Assembly (NCBI GenBank): GCA_965208835.1
Contig: OZ242358.1
Coordinates: 1,088,001-1,152,000, forward strand
Length of the DNA stretch: 64,000 nt
Direction of reading: 5' to 3'
From: Candidatus Latescibacterota bacterium
Lineage (GTDB): Bacteria; Latescibacterota; UBA2968; GCA-2709665
The notes under the pieces: generated by a model
Database searches by the model: none
What the model was told of the DNA's origin: nothing
The model's input: the letters and a program-made list of their open reading frames with translations, nothing else
Position numbers and translations under genes: made by a program
Part shown: piece after piece, positions 1 to 9,951 of the stretch
How positions within the stretch are numbered: the first letter of the stretch is position 1
How the letters are laid out: every line of letters starts with the position of its first letter

Positions 1-1715
1 GCGTCGATGGTCTTGTACGCGTACTCGATCGCCCAGAGGTCGTAGGGGCCCAGTGTGGTGGGAAAGTAGTGGCCCTGTGCTTCTCCCTCGGGCGCGATAT
101 TTGCAGGCAGGTAATCCATTACCGAACTGGACACGTCCTTGACCGCCTCCTTGTCCTGGAGGCGGTGGGTGGGATGCAGGGTGCTGGCGCGGAAGTTGTG
201 GCGCAGTCCCAGGGTGTGCCCCATTTCGTGCGCGGCGATCATGGTCAGATAGTCGTTGATGAATTTCTGGCCGCCCTCGCCGGCCGGGTCGATTTGTCCC
301 CGCGCAGCCAGCAGATTTCCGGTAAATGCGGCCTGGTGGGCAGCGCCCTCCGCGTAGTCGCAGAAGCCCCGCGAATAGTCCCTCGCCCGTTCCTGCTCTG
401 GAAACGGGCCGCCGGCTTCGGACAAGGGACCCGCGAATTCCTCGTATTCCCGGAACAGCGACCGCGGAAAATCGGCGCTGAAACGAATGCTCGCGTGGAA
501 CAGCTCGCCGGTGAGCGGATTGGCGCGTGAAGGCCCCTGGGCGTATACCCTTCGTGGATTCACAAACCAGCGGACCATGTTGTAGCTCGCATCGGCGGCA
601 TCCCAATCCGCGTCGTCCGGTTGCTGCTTTACGACGATCGCGTCCTTGAAGCCGATACGCTCGAAGGCTTCATTCCACATCAGCAAGCCCTTCCGGAGGG
701 CCTTCCTGTACTTCACGGGTACTGTCTTCTCCAGCCAGAAGACGATTGGCTCTTTGGGTTTCGAGAGCCGTGCCCGGGGGTTCTCCTTCTCCAGGTGCCA
801 CCGCTCCACGTAACGTGTGTAAGGCGTCTCTTTCTCTACTGTATTGTAATCCTGGTACATGGTGAGGAAGTGGCCCACCCGGTCGTCCCCCAGCCGGGGT
901 CGATAGCTCGTCCGGGGCAGGGTCGAAAGGCTGAAGTGATAGACGTGCTGAAAGCTGCGGGGGTCGGGGAAGGTGTACGCCTGGAATTCGGGGTTGGACG
1001 TGTTGAAGTGCAGGACGACTTCGATCTCGGTGTTCAGCGGAAAGGACTTCACCCTTCCGAAGTAGCTGTTCTTGCTGTCAAAGCGGTACTTTACCTTGCG
1101 GTCTCTGAACGCGGCCGCCACCATTGCCAGGTCCTGCAGGAAGAAGCCGTTTGCATCCACGAGGATGCTTTTCCTTTCGGGGTGAGGCTTGCTGTCCACG
1201 ATTTTCGCGACGCTGAGGATGGAATTGGTGACGCTGCGCTCCAACGCGCCCGCGATCGGGGCGTTTTTATCCGCCCGGAAGTAGACGTTCTTATGAAGGA
1301 ACTGCACGTTCTTTCCAACGCGTTTGAGAACGAAGGGAAAGCCGTAGTTCATAAAGCTGGGAATCAGGGCCGTCGCGTCGAAGAAATAACCGTCGGCCGC
1401 CTCGCGGGTGACGGCGCAAAGAAAGAGCCTGTCGAACTGCCTGGGCCTGATTTCCATGTAGACTTTGGCTTCGTCGTCTTTCCGGTAAAACGTAAATAGG
1501 CCCGGGACGACCTCGAAGTCCTTCGTGACTTCCTCGAAGGTCTTCTTTTTCTTCTTCTTGTCCTTCTTGGCGGTCGTGTCCGCTTTGGCCTCTTTGACCT
1601 TGACCTTCGCGGTGTCCGCCGCCGAGGTATCGGGTTTGGTTTCTTCCGCCTGCACAGTTACGGACAATATGGAGAGGATGAAGAAATGGGTGAACAAAAC
1701 GATCAGCGGTCGCAT
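1..1715 (-). CDS. Secreted zinc-dependent metalloprotease (DUF5117/DUF4953, EcxA-like), 3' end runs off window
   Basis: Read manually on the - strand (not in the ORF track): ATG at 1715 with AGGAGG RBS, signal-peptide-like N-terminus, HEMGHTLGLRHN metzincin motif and SSSVMDY Met-turn; no stop before position 1. Confidence 0.85.
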   Translation of the reverse strand, partial: MRPLIVLFTHFFILSILSVTVQAEETKPDTSAADTAKVKVKEAKADTTAKKDKKKKKKTFEEVTKDFEVVPGLFTFYRKDDEAKVYMEIRPRQFDRLFLCAVTREAADGYFFDATALIPSFMNYGFPFVLKRVGKNVQFLHKNVYFRADKNAPIAGALERSVTNSILSVAKIVDSKPHPERKSILVDANGFFLQDLAMVAAAFRDRKVKYRFDSKNSYFGRVKSFPLNTEIEVVLHFNTSNPEFQAYTFPDPRSFQHVYHFSLSTLPRTSYRPRLGDDRVGHFLTMYQDYNTVEKETPYTRYVERWHLEKENPRARLSKPKEPIVFWLEKTVPVKYRKALRKGLLMWNEAFERIGFKDAIVVKQQPDDADWDAADASYNMVRWFVNPRRVYAQGPSRANPLTGELFHASIRFSADFPRSLFREYEEFAGPLSEAGGPFPEQERARDYSRGFCDYAEGAAHQAAFTGNLLAARGQIDPAGEGGQKFINDYLTMIAAHEMGHTLGLRHNFRASTLHPTHRLQDKEAVKDVSSSVMDYLPANIAPEGEAQGHYFPTTLGPYDLWAIEYAYKTID

Positions 1716-1861
1716 CCTGTCCTCCTGACAGGTTCAAGTGGTTCCGGGTTCCCGATATGGGGGCGACTGACCGATTGCCGGCGCTGAAGAACGCATGCGC
1801 GCACGGCGATATTTCCTCAACGTGGTTTTCGGGCCTGATAAAACCTGAGAATATCCTTCTC

Positions 1862-2353
1862 TTACTCGGGCCGGGTCGACCACAGCCTCAGCAGAACCCG
1901 CGCGCCAAGGCCCGTTATACATCCCGCGGCGGCTGCGGCAAAAACCACCCATCCGCCCTCCAGCAATACGAGCAATACGGCGCTGATGCCGAGCGCCAGC
2001 CCCCAGAAGAGCCCGGCTCCGAGACTCCAGTCCAGCAGCACCGACACCAGGCCCACCCCCATAGCCGCCGGGATGGCGGCGACAAACCCGATAATCACCC
2101 CGTCGAATGGGCCCCAGTAGACTCCGGCCCCGGCGCCGAGGCCCAGCACCATGCCAATACCCGTGCTGATGTCGCTGCTCATGCCCACGATCAACCCCAT
2201 CGCCAGCCCCCATCCGAGACCCAATCCCATCGCGTGGAGCCAGTCCGACTCTCCCACCATGGCGTGCGAAAACGGGCCCATCAGGAGAAACGCCATCGCG
2301 AACACAAACGCACCGTGGATGATTTGCCGCAACACCGCTGCTCCTGTTCCCAA
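1862..2353 (-). CDS. Gly-rich multi-pass membrane protein, unknown function
   Basis: Several hydrophobic GxxxG-rich segments; start codon uncertain. Confidence 0.55.
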   Translation of the reverse strand: MGTGAAVLRQIIHGAFVFAMAFLLMGPFSHAMVGESDWLHAMGLGLGWGLAMGLIVGMSSDISTGIGMVLGLGAGAGVYWGPFDGVIIGFVAAIPAAMGVGLVSVLLDWSLGAGLFWGLALGISAVLLVLLEGGWVVFAAAAAGCITGLGARVLLRLWSTRPE

Positions 2354-2437
2354 TCGTTCGTTTCTTTCGCGCTATTGCTCCGCTCAGCCGCTCTTGAAAC
2401 TGCAAGACGCTTCTTAGAGCTGCGGAAGCGCCTGCAT

Positions 2438-2547
2438 CACTCCCCCCCTCGAGGGGGAGTCGCAGAAGCCGAGCCTGGCCCCTAAGCCTTGTCCTGAGCT
2501 TGTCGAAGGCGCTGCCGTGAGCCTGCGGTCCGTGAACTTGTCGAAGG
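2438..2547. repeat. REP-like palindromic repeat cluster
   Basis: ACTCCCCCCCTCGAGGGGGAGT palindrome, CCTGAGCTTGTCGAAGG (2493-2509) and a variant at 2532-2547; near-identical CCTGAGCCTGTCGAAGG recurs at 51007-51023. Confidence 0.55.
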
Positions 2548-2624
2548 TTCGACGGGGCCGGCGAAGGCTGATGCGGTGGGGGGTTGTCAATCCTTTCAGA
2601 GAACCTCGAAGGGAATGCCGTAAT

Positions 2625-3029
2625 TCATCGGTCGTCGCTGGAGGATGTCACCGGTTCGACCAACTGGTCCATCGACACGTCAAGCGCGCCTGAGAGTCTG
2701 CGAAAAACCTCGAGCGTTCCGGACTTGTGCCCGTTCTCGATCTGTGACAGGTACCCCCTTGAAACACCGACCGACCGGGCCAGCGAGGCCAGCGTCAACC
2801 CGCGGTATTTGCGCCACACGCGCAAGGGCGATCCACCATCCAGTATACCCCGTACAACTTCGCCGGGAACCGTTTCGCCCGCGGCGTCGTCCGTCCAGGC
2901 TCTGTCGATGGTCGCGGAATCTTCCGCATCTTCGAGCGCGGCGGCCATACGGCGGTACGCCTCGATCGGAATAACCGCGTATTCGGGCGCCCCGTCCCTG
3001 ACAATGATCTGCACGTCCTGTTCATTCAT
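2625..3029 (-). CDS. XRE-family HTH antitoxin (HigA-like)
   Basis: Likely start MNEQDVQII at 3029, overlapping the toxin stop (ATGA); C-terminal HTH WRKYRGLTLASLARSVGVSRGYLSQIENG. Confidence 0.85.
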   Translation of the reverse strand: MNEQDVQIIVRDGAPEYAVIPIEAYRRMAAALEDAEDSATIDRAWTDDAAGETVPGEVVRGILDGGSPLRVWRKYRGLTLASLARSVGVSRGYLSQIENGHKSGTLEVFRRLSGALDVSMDQLVEPVTSSSDDR

Positions 3030-3286
3030 CGGTATATCTGTCCCCTCGTGTCGATTTTCGCGACCAGCAGCACCCTTTGCTCGTCGTTGATCGAGTAAAT
3101 CACGCGCCAGCCACCCAACCTCAGCCGAAAGTCCCTGTCTCGACCCTGAATCTGTGTGGCGTTTGGATGTCTGCCATACGGTTCTGCCGCAATCGCGTCG
3201 ATCCTGGTACAGATACGCCGGGCGGTGCTGCGCGGCATGCCAAAGAGCCGGCGTGCGGCCTGCCTCTGGTAGCGGACTTCGTACAT
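3026..3286 (-). CDS. RelE/ParE-family type II toxin
   Basis: 86 aa, FRLRLGGWRVIYSI...IDTRGQIY pattern; TTGACA-16-TAAGTT promoter just upstream, suggesting a leaderless mRNA. Confidence 0.88.
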   Translation of the reverse strand: MYEVRYQRQAARRLFGMPRSTARRICTRIDAIAAEPYGRHPNATQIQGRDRDFRLRLGGWRVIYSINDEQRVLLVAKIDTRGQIYR

Positions 3287-3595
3287 TAACTAAACTTACC
3301 CAAAGATCTCTATTTGTCAACAATATTCATTCAGAATGTTTTCTATTGGCGAACAAAAAAGCACATATAATAAAGAGGATGAATCGTCGAAATCCGCTTT
3401 TGAAACCCCGTCTGAAGAATCTGTCTTCTGAACTGTTACGTCGATATGGGGCATTATCGGACAGACCAGCAACAAACCGGCCCTAAGTTACGTTTCCGCC
3501 AGAGACCTCGGATGTTTTAATCTGACTCGGCACGTCCTTGACAGGTCGCGCAACGGGGACCTGGATTTCAGAGGCAATTCATGTAGATGATTGGA

Positions 3596-4885
3596 TTATC
3601 CTGTCTCCCGAAGAACTCTGTCAATGGCGGCGCGTACAATTTTCTCAGACTTACCGGACACAAAGGCGTCTGTGGGCTCGTATCCCCCCTCGTCAAAGGA
3701 AGTTTCCATGGTGATGTACCCCGTCCCCAGGTCTCCATATCCAGCCACGGCGACAAAGGCGTCCGGGCGGCTCGCCTGCGCGTGCAACTGGTATTCGATA
3801 AAGATCTCGCCCGGCAGATTGACCACCGCCACCCGGTCGTTGAGATGCATGCAGGTAAAGGGAATGGGACGCTCGCGGCGGCGCACATACGTCAGCATGA
3901 GGGCGTTCTTGCTGTGAATCTTGGTCCCTTTTCCTGCCGACGCAATCTTCGCCAGCAGGTCCTCCTCGTCCAGGTCCTCCCGAGGCGGCAGCCGCACGGG
4001 CTCCACGGTCCAGCCAACGTGTTCCAGGGGCTGAAGCGTACTGGCCTGCTCGGCTTGCAGCATGGTCGTGTGGATGCGCCCGGTGAACAATTCGCGGTTG
4101 TCGGCCACGCCGTCGTTGTACTTACCCGCGGTGACGTTGCCCGCGCAACCTGTGAAGTAGATGTGCGGAATTCCACTTTCCTCCGTGCGGCGGTTGCGGG
4201 CTAGGCCGACGAATTCAGGCGTCACCAGCCCCGTGCCATCCATGCTGGTTGGATGTGTGGCATAGTAGTGAACGAGGGCAAGCGGCTTATCCTGATTGTA
4301 ATAGCCGATCGTCTTGAGTATGGGGTCGATGACGCCTTCGGGCGCGGCCCGCACCTCCGGGTCGGGCGTCTTGGTCCAGCGCACGTGGGCCACCTTGCCG
4401 TCCGGTCCCATCACTCGCCTGTTGGAGGCGATCCGGTCGACCCTGGCTTCGCCTGTTGAGATATGCGTGCAGGGCTGCAGTCTGTTCATGGCTTCGCCTG
4501 CTGCCTCTGCCGCCTGCGTGCGGACGCTTTCTGCCCAGCCTCCGGCCATGATGACATCCGGATGGCCGTGGGCGTCGAGAACGTCCTGGGCATCGCGGTC
4601 GGGCCAGGGGGTGTCGTGCGCATGGGTGCAATGCACGGCCACCCGATCGGCAACTGTTCCCACGGCCGCGGCGATTTCTTCGCGCCAGCGGTCGTAATCG
4701 CCGTTGCTCAGTTCGGCCCAGTCCAGCGCGCACAGGACCATGGGCGATTGGTCGTCCTGTACGATCACCAGCCCGAGGGCTGCCAGCGGGTCCAATATGC
4801 CTTTGGCTGGCGGATACCATCCCGCGCAGAGCGGATGCCCGAGCGGCGGCGTCACGTCGGATTGAAAGGTGGCAAGTCGGATCAT
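3596..4885 (-). CDS. Neutral/alkaline ceramidase-like hydrolase
   Basis: DVTPPLGHPL, HCTHAH, YATHP, GCAGNV and LPGEIFIEYQL motifs. Confidence 0.7.
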   Translation of the reverse strand: MIRLATFQSDVTPPLGHPLCAGWYPPAKGILDPLAALGLVIVQDDQSPMVLCALDWAELSNGDYDRWREEIAAAVGTVADRVAVHCTHAHDTPWPDRDAQDVLDAHGHPDVIMAGGWAESVRTQAAEAAGEAMNRLQPCTHISTGEARVDRIASNRRVMGPDGKVAHVRWTKTPDPEVRAAPEGVIDPILKTIGYYNQDKPLALVHYYATHPTSMDGTGLVTPEFVGLARNRRTEESGIPHIYFTGCAGNVTAGKYNDGVADNRELFTGRIHTTMLQAEQASTLQPLEHVGWTVEPVRLPPREDLDEEDLLAKIASAGKGTKIHSKNALMLTYVRRRERPIPFTCMHLNDRVAVVNLPGEIFIEYQLHAQASRPDAFVAVAGYGDLGTGYITMETSFDEGGYEPTDAFVSGKSEKIVRAAIDRVLRETG

Positions 4886-5059
4886 GGCGTCTCCAATTTG
4901 AACTGCCCCGAATGACGCACCTGCCGGATCGACGCAATTCGGGGACCCTGAATTTCAGATTTAACCTGCGATGGGATGGCAAATTACGGCGGGGATGATA
5001 CCCTGTCAACCCGAAACAGCGGATCGTGATCCAGGCAGGCACGGGAACACTAAACAAGA

Positions 5060-5080
5060 CTTACATGGATGGACAGGATA
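5060..5080. repeat. Dispersed 21-bp repeat CTTACATGGATGGACAGGATA
   Basis: Exact copy at 50737-50757; degenerate inverted copy near 48848-48877; all intergenic. Confidence 0.6.
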
Positions 5081-5176
5081 TAGGCGGACAAACCAACAAC
5101 AAAATCCAGAACACGGCAATCCTGCTCGCGCGGTAGGATCGGGCTTCGAATCAGTCTGGAAACGTCCCGCTACGCC

Positions 5177-5205
5177 TTGACAACGAGTGCGAAAGATACT
5201 ATACT
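5177..5205 (+). promoter_or_regulatory. Sigma70-type promoter for DUF5131-tcmP
   Basis: TTGACA-17 bp-TATACT. Confidence 0.7.
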
Positions 5206-5243
5206 GATGTGCAGTAACATTTCAACTCTTGAGGGGAGTCTTC

Positions 5244-6023
5244 ATGTCCCGCAATAGCGCCATCGAGTGGACCAACGGCACCTGGAATCCGGTTACCGGA
5301 TGCACAAAGGTCAGCGCCGGTTGCGACAATTGCTATGCAGAACGGCTTTCCGAGCGTTTTCGCGGGGTCAAAGGGCATCCGTTCGAGCCGGGTTTCGATC
5401 TGACCCTTCGACCCGCGCGCCTGGAACAACCGCTACATTGGCGTCGTTCCCAGCTCATCTTTGTCAACTCAATGAGCGATCTGTTCCACAAGGAGATTCC
5501 CGCGGAGTACATCCATCGCGTCTTCGACACCATGGAACGTGCCGACTGGCACGTCTACCAGGTGCTCACCAAGCGCAGTTCTCTGATGCGCCGTTTTGTC
5601 CGAGAGCGCTACCCGGTCGGGGATGCACCATCACATATCTGGCTCGGCGTCTCCATCGAGAACGAAGCTGCACTTGCGCGGCTGAGGCATCTCAAAGAGA
5701 CCAACGCATCGGTCCGGTTCGTCTCATTCGAACCACTTCTCGGTTCGGTGGGTACGGTAAATCTGGAAAACATCCACTGGGTAATTGCGGGTGGGGAGAG
5801 CGGCCCGGGAGCTCGTCCGGTTGAGCCGGATTGGGTACGTGAATTGCGGGATCAGTGCGAGATCCAACACGTGGCCTTCTTCTTCAAGCAGTGGGGCGGG
5901 CGTACTCCAAAATCAAACGGCAATACGCTGGATGGGCGGCAGTGGATGGAGTATCCGGAGATCAAGCGCGGGAGGCAGAGAACAAATAGCCACTTAACCG
6001 CAAGGGCAAAACGTGCCCACTAA
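5244..6023 (+). CDS. DUF5131 / phage Gp37-Gp68 family protein (three-Cys motif)
   Basis: IEWTNGTWNPVTGCTKVSAGCDNCYA, FVNSMSDLFH, WVIAGGESG, FFFKQWGG. Confidence 0.92.
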   Translation: MSRNSAIEWTNGTWNPVTGCTKVSAGCDNCYAERLSERFRGVKGHPFEPGFDLTLRPARLEQPLHWRRSQLIFVNSMSDLFHKEIPAEYIHRVFDTMERADWHVYQVLTKRSSLMRRFVRERYPVGDAPSHIWLGVSIENEAALARLRHLKETNASVRFVSFEPLLGSVGTVNLENIHWVIAGGESGPGARPVEPDWVRELRDQCEIQHVAFFFKQWGGRTPKSNGNTLDGRQWMEYPEIKRGRQRTNSHLTARAKRAH

Positions 6024-7552
6024 GAGCAGGCTACGATGACAGACTCGAGCTTTTTCGATGTGAGTACAGGACAGTCGCAAGTGAAGGCCGATATTGTAGC
6101 GAAATATTTCGACGCTTGGACAAGGGTAATGATTGCTACCCAGAACAGGTTGCGTGGTTCCGAAAACAGGATTGCATACATTGACCTTTTCGCTGGGAGG
6201 GGAAGATACTCTGACGGGACAATTTCAACTCCGCTAATGGTCGTAAGAAAGGCGATTCAGGACGATGTATTGCGTCGTCGATTGGTTACGATATTCAACG
6301 ACAAAGACGAAGACAATTCGGATTCACTAAAGCAGGCAATTAACCATCTGCCTGGCGGAACCTGTCAATAAGAATGAGACAACTCTTGCGTGAGTTTAGT
6401 GTAGCAAATGGTGCCATTCGACGGTGTTCTTGGGTTGGTTAATCCAGACTTCGTTGGGAACGTGTGGTGGTTTCGGTTTGCCTCTGACAAATCGTTCAGG
6501 GTGGTTGTGATAAGCCTGGTCGAGCACGTGTTGTCTTGCGGCTTGCAGCTGTTGTGTCATCGGTATGTGTCAAGTAAAGTGAGACACGTTTCCCGGAAAA
6601 TCAGGGAAGTTTTTCCTGATCTGCGTCGTAAGATTTGGGCTTGTTAATCCAGACGGCTTTTGGCAAGGGCGGCGGTTTGGGCCGTCCTCTTACAAAGCGT
6701 TCCGGATGGGCCGCGAAAGCGTTGAGTAGGGTCTGCTGGCGGGCTTGCTGAACATAGGAGGCCTGCCCATAGTGTACCTGGGCGGGCGTCATCAAGCCCA
6801 AGCCTGTGTGATGATGCTGAAAATTGTACCACGAAAAGAAGGGGCGTGCCCAGGCTCTGGCATCTTCCAAAGCGCCAAAGCGATCCGGATAATCCGGCCG
6901 ATATTTCATCGTTTTGTATTGTGCCTCGGAATAGGGATTGTCATTGGACACGTGGGGCCTTGCGTGAGATTTGGTCACGCCCAGGTCCGACAGCAACAGC
7001 GCGAGGCTTTTGGCGATCATCGCAGCGCCGCGGTCTGAATGAATGGTCAATTGCTGGGGATCCACCTCCTGATTTCGGCAACTCTGCTGGATCAATTCCT
7101 TAGCCAAGGCAGCCGATTCTCGCCGGGCGACCATCCAGCCCACGACATATCGGCTGAAGATGTCGAGCAGGACATACAGATAGAAGTAGGTCCATTTGAC
7201 CGGTCCCCTCAGCTTGGTGATATCCCAACTCCACAGTTGGTTGGGGCCCACTGCCAGCAGTTCCGGCTTTTTGTAGGTGGGATGGGAAAGCTGGTTGCGC
7301 CGTTCACGCACTTGGTCGTGAGCCTCGAGGATACGATACATCGAACGCCAGGAGCACAGATACGTGCCTTCGTCCAGCAGTTGTGCCCATATTTGGCGGG
7401 GTGCGGCATCCTGGAAGCGCTCGCTGTTGAGCACGTTCAGAATGTGTGCGCGCTCCTGCTGCTTTGGCAATACCACCTTATAGGCTTTTGCCTTTGGGGT
7501 GGGGGGTCTGACCTACAAGGTTTTTTGGCTAATATTGTTCAACAGACTTCTC

Positions 7553-7789
7553 CTAATTTTTCATAACCTTTTTATTTTCAGCATATTGCATAACTGCGTA
7601 TATGACCATATTTCGCCACTTTGTTACGTTCCACCCTGCGATGAAGGAATCTAACCCTTTCGTGTTTGTCATTTGGTGAATTCTGGTGGAGATTTTACGT
7701 GGTTCTTCATGTTGTTTGAAGACTTCGTAATGACAGCGATGCCTAAAACCCCTGGAACCTGCTTGAAATTGCTGATCATCTAAAACCAC
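7553..7789 (-). CDS. Hypothetical passenger protein
   Basis: GTG start with AGGAGG RBS; upstream TTGAAA-17-TACATT promoter and a hairpin at ~7824-7856. Confidence 0.45.
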   Translation of the reverse strand: MVLDDQQFQAGSRGFRHRCHYEVFKQHEEPRKISTRIHQMTNTKGLDSFIAGWNVTKWRNMVIYAVMQYAENKKVMKN

Positions 7790-7930
7790 GACGACCTCCT
7801 ATTGGTACGGGTGATTCAGCATGAGCCTGGAGTGGTGCCGTCAACACCACTCCGGGCATTTTTTGTTTCTTGAAATGTAACGAAACAGATCCTTAGTTTC
7901 AAGGGCCGTTTAAAATTCGGCTGTCTGTAC

Positions 7931-7959
7931 TTGACGTTTCTTAATTCTACTCGTATATT
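7931..7959 (+). promoter_or_regulatory. Sigma70-type promoter
   Basis: TTGACG-17-TATATT. Confidence 0.6.
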
Positions 7960-8013
7960 ATCACACACAGGGTAAACTGAAATAGAAGATACACCAAGTT
8001 GCTAAAGTTTCAC

Positions 8014-8056
8014 AAAACCGCCCTTAGTCCCAGATGGGATTAAGGGCGGTTTTTCT
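8014..8056 (+). terminator. Intrinsic terminator
   Basis: AAAACCGCCCTTAGTCCC-loop-GGGATTAAGGGCGGTTTTT. Confidence 0.75.
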
Positions 8057-8195
8057 ATTTATGTCTCCCTGTAATCTATATAACTCTTTATTAATAAAGG
8101 AGTTGTCCGACCGGTAGCGATACGTTATATTAGTAACCTTAATTAATATGGCCGCCCGCTACCACGGCTTAGATTCACGCAGGGATGAGCGAGAA

Positions 8196-9083
8196 ATGGA
8201 TCTCTTGAAACTCATGAGCCGATTTTCTACACAACAGGAGTGTATCGCCTATTTGGAGAAGGTGCGTTTCAAAGGTGAGCCCTACTGTCCGCTCTGTGGC
8301 ACTGTGGGTGAGTGTGCCCGGAAGAAAGAGAATAAGTTAGTCGGTAGGTGGAATTGTTATGCTTGTGGAAGTTCCTTTAATGTCTTGTCGAAGACGATGT
8401 TTCAGAAGACACGTATTCCGTTGCCCAAGTGGTTTGCGGCCATTGTGTTGATGCTGAACGCGAAAAAGTCAATATCCTCGTACCAACTTGGCCGAGATAT
8501 CGGAGTCTTACCGATGACAGCGTTCCGGATGCAGCGGAAGATCCGGCAACAGATGCAGACCAGCGAGGGCTCACAACTATTAAAGGGTATCGTTGAAGTC
8601 GACGAAACGCATGTCGGCGGTGGGCCTCGCGGACACAGACGTTGGCGGGAGCGGTGGGAGAGTACGAAGGTGCCGGTATTAGGGTTTGTGGAACGAGCCG
8701 GTAGAGTTGTAATGGTGATAATAGACTACCCGAATGCCGATAATATCGTCCCTCTCGTGAATCAGCAAGTAAAGGCGAATTCCCGATTAATGACAGATCA
8801 GGCTTATCACTACAGGCAGGTTAAGGAGTCTTTGAAACATGAATCTGTAAATCACGGTATTACCTATGTTCGAGGTGAGGTCCACACCAATACGATCGAG
8901 GGTGTCTGGTCCTTATTGAAACGGGCGTTTAACGGAACTCATCACCACTACTCGAAGAAATGGATGCCATTGTATCTGGCCGAGGCGGCCTATAAGTACA
9001 ATGTACGGAAGATCAAGGACACCTGGGGTCAATTTATGAGAAAGGTGTTTCGGTATCTACTGCACTGGCCGGGATATACGTAA
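8196..9083 (+). CDS. IS1595-family transposase
   Basis: Zn ribbon CPLC...CYAC, VEVDETHVGG, LMTD, VHTNTIEGVWSLLKR, YLAEAAYKYN; TTGTCC-17-TATATT promoter at 8103-8131. Confidence 0.93.
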   Translation: MDLLKLMSRFSTQQECIAYLEKVRFKGEPYCPLCGTVGECARKKENKLVGRWNCYACGSSFNVLSKTMFQKTRIPLPKWFAAIVLMLNAKKSISSYQLGRDIGVLPMTAFRMQRKIRQQMQTSEGSQLLKGIVEVDETHVGGGPRGHRRWRERWESTKVPVLGFVERAGRVVMVIIDYPNADNIVPLVNQQVKANSRLMTDQAYHYRQVKESLKHESVNHGITYVRGEVHTNTIEGVWSLLKRAFNGTHHHYSKKWMPLYLAEAAYKYNVRKIKDTWGQFMRKVFRYLLHWPGYT

Positions 9084-9617
9084 TATCTCACTTAGGGGAT
9101 TAGCGGATTCTTTGACTGACACACCACGACGACTTGGGTGGGGAACTGGGATATGTTCAATTTCAAACCGATTACAGACTCTATGTACAACCCCACCCAG
9201 GGCAATAACGGGGCGTCCATCAAGTTCGTGTATTGTAATCTCTTGGAAAGATTCGCAAACGTGTTCAAATATGATGGTTTGGCTTTTGTCGGTTTCTGGC
9301 AATAGATGAAAGGCTTGTGTGATGTATACGTCGGCACGGTCCATTTCCGCACATTTCAATGCCTCATCTAGAACTTTATTAAAACGTGAGAAAATATCGT
9401 ATCCGCATTCTAATAGCAGGTCTTTTTTCTGAAGTACGTTTCTTGCGCTGTTCCAGTGATACCCGATTAATATGGGACCGGTTGTGCTATTCGAGATCTT
9501 CTGAATTGGTGAAACATAGTCTCCGTCTAAGCCGACTTCTGTCAATGTCTTGTATCCGAACCCTGGAATACTGAATGCTCTCCGACGCGCAATAATCTCC
9601 TTCCGCGACAATTGCAT
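9057..9617 (-). CDS. Uracil-DNA glycosylase-superfamily protein (passenger)
   Basis: DVYITQAFH, PVIALG and PHPS motifs; paralog at 20431-20985. Confidence 0.65.
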   Translation of the reverse strand: MQLSRKEIIARRRAFSIPGFGYKTLTEVGLDGDYVSPIQKISNSTTGPILIGYHWNSARNVLQKKDLLLECGYDIFSRFNKVLDEALKCAEMDRADVYITQAFHLLPETDKSQTIIFEHVCESFQEITIHELDGRPVIALGGVVHRVCNRFEIEHIPVPHPSRRGVSVKESANPLSEILRISRPVQ

Positions 9618-9754
9618 AATGCAATCCTCCCCGCTTAGGTCCTGCGTTATTTGGTGACTGGTAGCGGGGTAAATTTAAATTACATCATGTATTTTGTCAA
9701 TAGGTTGAATCATGTGTTGTTGACTTGGGTCGGTGTATTTTTTATATTCGTAAT

Positions 9755-9928
9755 TGCTACCAATCAGGCAGCCCCGAAGGTCGGGTAGCTTGCCGAATAC
9801 AATAGCCGACTCAAAGGGATGGGGTCGCTCCCTGTCCTCGGTGAATAAGCAAGACCTTCCCGCTTTCCTGCGTGATTGGTAGCACTGCCCGGCACCCATT
9901 TATGGGTGAAACAGTGCTACCATTTTTC
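9755..9928 (+). ncRNA. Candidate attenuator/riboswitch-like structured leader
   Basis: TTGACT-17-TATATT (9720-9748); 5' arm 9755-9766 pairs with 9873-9884, which overlaps the terminator arm 9877-9887/9912-9922 followed by T5. Confidence 0.55.
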
Positions 9929-9951
9929 TGTACACAGGGGAGAGGATTGTT

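Noticed and set aside
69-1499. Long + strand ORFs (153 and 292 aa)
   Set aside because: Antisense shadows of the - strand metalloprotease
7966-8013. sRNA as a guide RNA for IS target choice (GCTAAAG matches the target flank)
   Set aside because: Only a 7-bp match, expected by chance; IS1595 DDE enzymes are not known to be RNA-guided
9755-9884. Retron msr-msd (a1/a2-like inverted repeats)
   Set aside because: No reverse transcriptase in the window, and the overlap with a terminator fits an attenuator better
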